Shown here: positions 60,146 to 64,000 of the stretch, one piece after another
Position numbering within the stretch: the first letter of the stretch is position 1
How the letters are laid out: each line of letters starts with the position of its first letter
Assembly: GCA_963668025.2 (NCBI GenBank)
Contig: CAXXTH010000017.1
Coordinates: 1,344,001 to 1,408,000, forward strand
Direction of reading: 5' to 3'
Source: Candidatus Hydrogenedentota bacterium
Lineage (GTDB): Bacteria; Hydrogenedentota; Hydrogenedentia; Hydrogenedentales; SLHB01
DNA: 64,000 nucleotides
Position numbers and translations under genes: made by a program
Notes under the pieces: model-generated
Database searches by the model: none
Seen by the model: only the letters and a program-made list of their open reading frames with translations
Told to the model about the DNA's origin: nothing

Positions 60146-61600
60146 TTATTTGCCTGCCGTTGGGCCTGCGGCGAATTCCTGTTCAATTTGTTCGAGTGTT
60201 TTGTTCTTCGTTTCGGGCACGAGCAGATAGATGTAGACCAAGCCCGCCGCGCAGATGGCCGCATAAATCCAGAAGGTTCCCGCCGCGCCCAGGGCCTCAT
60301 TGAGCAGTGGAAAGGTGTAGGTCAGGATGAAACAAGCGATCCAGAGCGCGGAAACCGCCGTGGCGACAGCCGCGCCTCGGATCCGGTTGGGGAAAATCTC
60401 GGATATGAGCACCCAAGTGATCGGTGCGAGCGAAAGGGCGTAACAGGCCATCGAAGCCAGTACGGGGATTACCACGGCCAGCCCCTTCAAATGCAGGAAA
60501 TAGCTCAATCCAATCACGCTGTGCGTCAGGGCCAGGCCCGCACAACCGGCCAGCATCAGGCCGCGCCGTCCGAAGCGGTCCACCATTGCAATGGCCGCCA
60601 GCGTAAAGATCAAGTTGACGGAACCGGTGATGACGATGTTGAACAGGATGCCGCTGACGCCGTAGCCCGCTTGGGCGAATATTTCTTCGGCGTAATTGAA
60701 AATGACGTTAATGCCGCACCATTGCTGCAAGACCGCCAGCGTGATGCCGATCAACAGAATCTTCGAGACCTTTGGCTCAAGCAAATCCTTGAAACGGACC
60801 TGTTTGGTTGTATCTTGTAAAAGAGTCGCTTTGACTTGTTGCAGTTCCTCATCGGCATAACGTGCGCCGCCTATGCGCGCTAGGATACGGCGGGCCAAAG
60901 CATCCCGCCCGTTTTTAATCAGCCAGCGCGGGCTTTCGGGGACAAACAAGGCCAGGACAAAAAAAACCAACGAGGGCGCGGCCACGGCGTAAAACATCCA
61001 GCGCCAGCCGTGCTGGCAATTCCAGGATAAGCGGAGCATCTCCGGTGTGGCTTCTTCGGGAACCTGTTGGGCGATCATCATATTGGCCAATTGAGCCGCG
61101 AGGATGCCGATGACGACCGTTAATTGGTTGATGGCCACTAGGCGCCCACGCATGGTGGCGGGAGCCACTTCGGCGATATACATCGGGGAAAGATTAGAGG
61201 CCATGCCGATAGCTACGCCGCCTGTCATGCGCCAAAAGACAAACGATGTGAAATAAGTGGCCTGTCCAGTCAAGATGGAACTGGCGGCAAACAAGATTCC
61301 CGAGGCCAGCAACAGCTTTTTCCGTCCGAAACGGTCGCTCATGCCGCCGGAGATCAATGAACCGAGCAGGCAGCCCAGCAAGGCGCAGCTATTGGCCCAG
61401 CCGCTTTGCGAGGCCGTGGACAACGCAAAATACTTCTCGTAAAAAAGTTTCGCGCCGCCGATCACCACCCAGTCGTAGCCAAAGAGCAATCCACCCATGG
61501 CCGCCACCAGTGAGATTCCCCAAACATAAGCCATGTTATACTTAGGACGTTGCAGGCCTGTGTCCGGAGCGGTTCCATTCGCCATTTGCGCCTGATTCAT
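60146..61600 (-). CDS. Sugar porter family MFS transporter
   Basis: GGLLFGYD, SDRFGRK, PMYIAEVAP..RGR, PESPRWL, QQWCGINVIFNYA, PETK. Confidence 0.95.
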   Translation of the reverse strand: MNQAQMANGTAPDTGLQRPKYNMAYVWGISLVAAMGGLLFGYDWVVIGGAKLFYEKYFALSTASQSGWANSCALLGCLLGSLISGGMSDRFGRKKLLLASGILFAASSILTGQATYFTSFVFWRMTGGVAIGMASNLSPMYIAEVAPATMRGRLVAINQLTVVIGILAAQLANMMIAQQVPEEATPEMLRLSWNCQHGWRWMFYAVAAPSLVFFVLALFVPESPRWLIKNGRDALARRILARIGGARYADEELQQVKATLLQDTTKQVRFKDLLEPKVSKILLIGITLAVLQQWCGINVIFNYAEEIFAQAGYGVSGILFNIVITGSVNLIFTLAAIAMVDRFGRRGLMLAGCAGLALTHSVIGLSYFLHLKGLAVVIPVLASMACYALSLAPITWVLISEIFPNRIRGAAVATAVSALWIACFILTYTFPLLNEALGAAGTFWIYAAICAAGLVYIYLLVPETKNKTLEQIEQEFAAGPTAGK

Positions 61601-61606
61601 GATCGC

Positions 61607-62866
61607 TCAGCCTCCCCTACTGTCTTTGACTGCCCTGAACATGGCCAAAATATTCTCTACTGGCACGTTGCTTTGGATGTTATGAATGCCAGTAAACACA
61701 AAGCCGCCGCCTTCGGCGAAAATATCGATCCGCTCCCTCACCTGCCGGTACACCTCATCCGGCGCGCCGAAGGGAAGGGTGCTCTGGGTGTCCACGCCGC
61801 CGCCCCAGAAGACCAGTTGCTGGCCAAATTCCTTCTTGAGTTCGCGTGGGTCCATTCCCTGGGCCGAGCATTGGACGGGGTTGAGCACGTCGAATCCCGC
61901 GTCGATAAATTCGGGAATTAGGCCGCGGATTGCGCCACAGGAATGAATAAATGTTTTCCAGGGAGTTCTGGCATGAATCCGCGCATTGACCGCATGGTGG
62001 AATGGTTTGTATAGATGGCGATAGGTCTCGATGGAACAGAATGTTCCGCGCTGATGCCCGAAATCCGTCCCGCTGACAAAAACCACCTGCACTCGGCCGC
62101 CCAAGGTTTCGGCCAAGAGGTCAATGTTTTCTAAAGCGGCTTCGCATTGGCGCTCGAAAACTTTGAGCACATAGTCTTGGCGCGAGAGCGTGCTCATGTA
62201 CCACTCGCTGACATCGCGGATGCCCTTGGGGGCTTTCATCCAAGGTGCGGGCACGCAGGCGATATCCCCGAAACCCATCCCCGGCAATGTTGCATAGATT
62301 CCATATGAGGTTTGTTCAAAGTATGCACCGGCTTGGCAGGCGTAGTGTTTGACATCCGTATCCGTGAGCACGCCGAATTCTTCCATGTTGTCGGCGGGAT
62401 CGAGCGCTTGTTCGTCAAGGGGCGGCTGCCGGTTGGTCGAGTCAAAGAAGAAACTGCTGTGCGGCATAATCGCGCTTGGCGGACAACTTAAGTCGCCTTC
62501 AGGATATAGGAGAATGGACCCATCTTCACCGCGAGTCCAGTTGAACTGGCCGGGAACCAGCACGGGCGTGCCGTCGTTCATGGTGAACGGTTTCCAGTCT
62601 TGATTGGGAAAACCGAACATCGTACAGCGGGGATGTACGCCCACTACGTCCAATTCGAGCGCTTGGCGCAAATCTTCGTCCACTTCGCCCAGCATTTGAT
62701 ACGGTTCGATAATCCGAACCGGCGAGTCATCGCCCAGCAGCTCCTTGCGTAAGCGCCAGAGGGCGCCCGCGCCGATGCCGGTCTGGCCGCCCGCTCCTAA
62801 ATCCACACACAGGCGGTCCGGGGCCTGATGGCTCATTGTCGCGGCAAGCCGTTCACGTGAATTCAT
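61607..62866 (-). CDS. URO-D/MtaA-like methyltransferase-superfamily protein
   Basis: MNSRERL..H..PDR, GTDFG.Q, FIHSCG, GFDVLNPVQ, FWGGGVDTQ..LPFG, GGFVF..IHNIQ..VPVEN. Confidence 0.88.
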   Translation of the reverse strand: MNSRERLAATMSHQAPDRLCVDLGAGGQTGIGAGALWRLRKELLGDDSPVRIIEPYQMLGEVDEDLRQALELDVVGVHPRCTMFGFPNQDWKPFTMNDGTPVLVPGQFNWTRGEDGSILLYPEGDLSCPPSAIMPHSSFFFDSTNRQPPLDEQALDPADNMEEFGVLTDTDVKHYACQAGAYFEQTSYGIYATLPGMGFGDIACVPAPWMKAPKGIRDVSEWYMSTLSRQDYVLKVFERQCEAALENIDLLAETLGGRVQVVFVSGTDFGHQRGTFCSIETYRHLYKPFHHAVNARIHARTPWKTFIHSCGAIRGLIPEFIDAGFDVLNPVQCSAQGMDPRELKKEFGQQLVFWGGGVDTQSTLPFGAPDEVYRQVRERIDIFAEGGGFVFTGIHNIQSNVPVENILAMFRAVKDSRGG

Positions 62867-62952
62867 CTCAGCTTTACTCCCTTGTGAAATGGACTAATAT
62901 GCAAAGCATATTTTGTAAATGCTCTTTAAACAATGCACGATAATCCATTAAG

Positions 62953-63945
62953 ATGGATAATCATCCGATGGACAACGAAACGCGCAAGGTGGCGCATGGG
63001 GAAAACATGGGTCGAAAAGCCCATCATAGAGACCCAGGGCATGCCGCGAAAAGCGGTGGCTCCCCGCGTATTCCGGAAGGATTTCCTGGCCAGATATGGC
63101 GGGTCATTCCCACAACGGTCATGCTAGAAGCAACGAAGAACAACCTGTTCAACCCGGTGTATCCAATTGTCATGGGCTGGTTTCCAGAAGCGCGGTATCA
63201 TTATTTTGAACGTCCTAAAGGATGCGCCCAGCATGTCTTCATTTTTTGCATGGCGGGCGAAGGCTGGTTTGAAGTGGCTGGCCGGCGTGAGGTGCTCAAG
63301 GCGCAAGAAGCCGTATTTTTGCCGAAAGGACTTCCGCACGCCTATGGCGCGATGGAAGACCAGCCATGGAGCATCCACTGGGCGCATTTCGACGGCCGTG
63401 ATGCGGCTCAATATATCAGCTATCTTCCCGCGAGAATGTATAAACTGCCTGTTTCACCGGACGTTGCCCAAGAAGTGTCGCGTTGTTTTTTTGATTGTTA
63501 TGAACAGCTCAAACAGAATGTATCCATGCCTTCATTGATCCATGCCGCTCATTTATTGCGGTTAATCTTCAGCCAGGTTTTTTTTGCCAAATCTCATTAC
63601 GCCGAAACGATCTCGGCGCGCCATCCCTGGCTGTTGCATGAAACCATCGAATTCATGCAAGCCCATTTGCGCGGCGGACTGACTTTGGCCTCCTTGGCCC
63701 GGCGCGCGGGATTGTCTAAATCGCAATTTAGCGCGTTGTTCAAATCTCAAATAGGCTTTTCTCCGATGGATTATTTTGCGCACCTGCGCATCCAGGAAGC
63801 CTGTTATCTCCTAGATAACACCCGCCTCAGCGTCAAAGACATTTGCACCAAAATTGGTTTTGAAGATCAATATTATTTCTCGAGGGTATTCCGCAAGACG
63901 ATGGGCATGCCTCCCGTGGCATATCGGAAGATCATCAAGTTTTAA
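62953..63945 (+). CDS. AraC-family transcriptional regulator
   Basis: Cupin domain (GWFP..YH..RP.G, PHAYG, WSIHWAHF) plus double HTH (GFEDQYYFSRVFRK.MG..P..YR); divergent from the sugar operon; start uncertain. Confidence 0.93.
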   Translation: MDNHPMDNETRKVAHGENMGRKAHHRDPGHAAKSGGSPRIPEGFPGQIWRVIPTTVMLEATKNNLFNPVYPIVMGWFPEARYHYFERPKGCAQHVFIFCMAGEGWFEVAGRREVLKAQEAVFLPKGLPHAYGAMEDQPWSIHWAHFDGRDAAQYISYLPARMYKLPVSPDVAQEVSRCFFDCYEQLKQNVSMPSLIHAAHLLRLIFSQVFFAKSHYAETISARHPWLLHETIEFMQAHLRGGLTLASLARRAGLSKSQFSALFKSQIGFSPMDYFAHLRIQEACYLLDNTRLSVKDICTKIGFEDQYYFSRVFRKTMGMPPVAYRKIIKF

Positions 63946-64000
63946 TGGTGATTCCCATCGAGAAAGGAATGAAGTGGCGGTTTGCCATGGGTGTTGCGCA

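Noticed and set aside
59975-60820. 281-aa + strand ORF
   Set aside because: Shadow of the sugar porter.
1-64000. CRISPR array, tRNA/rRNA, integrase or transposase
   Set aside because: No regularly spaced repeats, cloverleaf or rRNA signatures, or recombinase motifs seen; very short RNAs could have been missed by eye.

Overview
Bacterial chromosomal segment, probably from a Candidatus Hydrogenedentes-like lineage (inferred from the DUF1559 prepilin-type protein and the C-terminal sorting signal; not provable here). Three carbohydrate-utilisation blocks (about 1-16 kb, 31-37 kb and 53-64 kb) encode GH5-like, beta-propeller, GH106-like and GH27 hydrolases, sugar porters, an FGGY kinase, an isomerase, an AGE epimerase and an AraC regulator. 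Between them lie housekeeping genes (rluD, xylB, rpsU, smg, topA, rsbW/rsbV-like, recN, fliW-csrA, dnaE, pncC, pilT) and an arsR-arsC-arsM-acr3 operon. Two defence-like insertions sit between core genes: a stand-alone AT-rich SIR2-like gene and a HipA-like kinase paired with a HipS-HIRAN protein. The most notable observations are (i) the order URO-D/MtaA-like protein, sugar porter, glycosidase occurring twice, (ii) a C-terminally truncated GH106 paralog translationally coupled to a tandem pair of unknown secreted GH-like proteins, and (iii) the kinase/HIRAN module directly upstream of dnaE. Several REP-like palindromes occur. I saw no rRNA, tRNA, CRISPR array or transposase.
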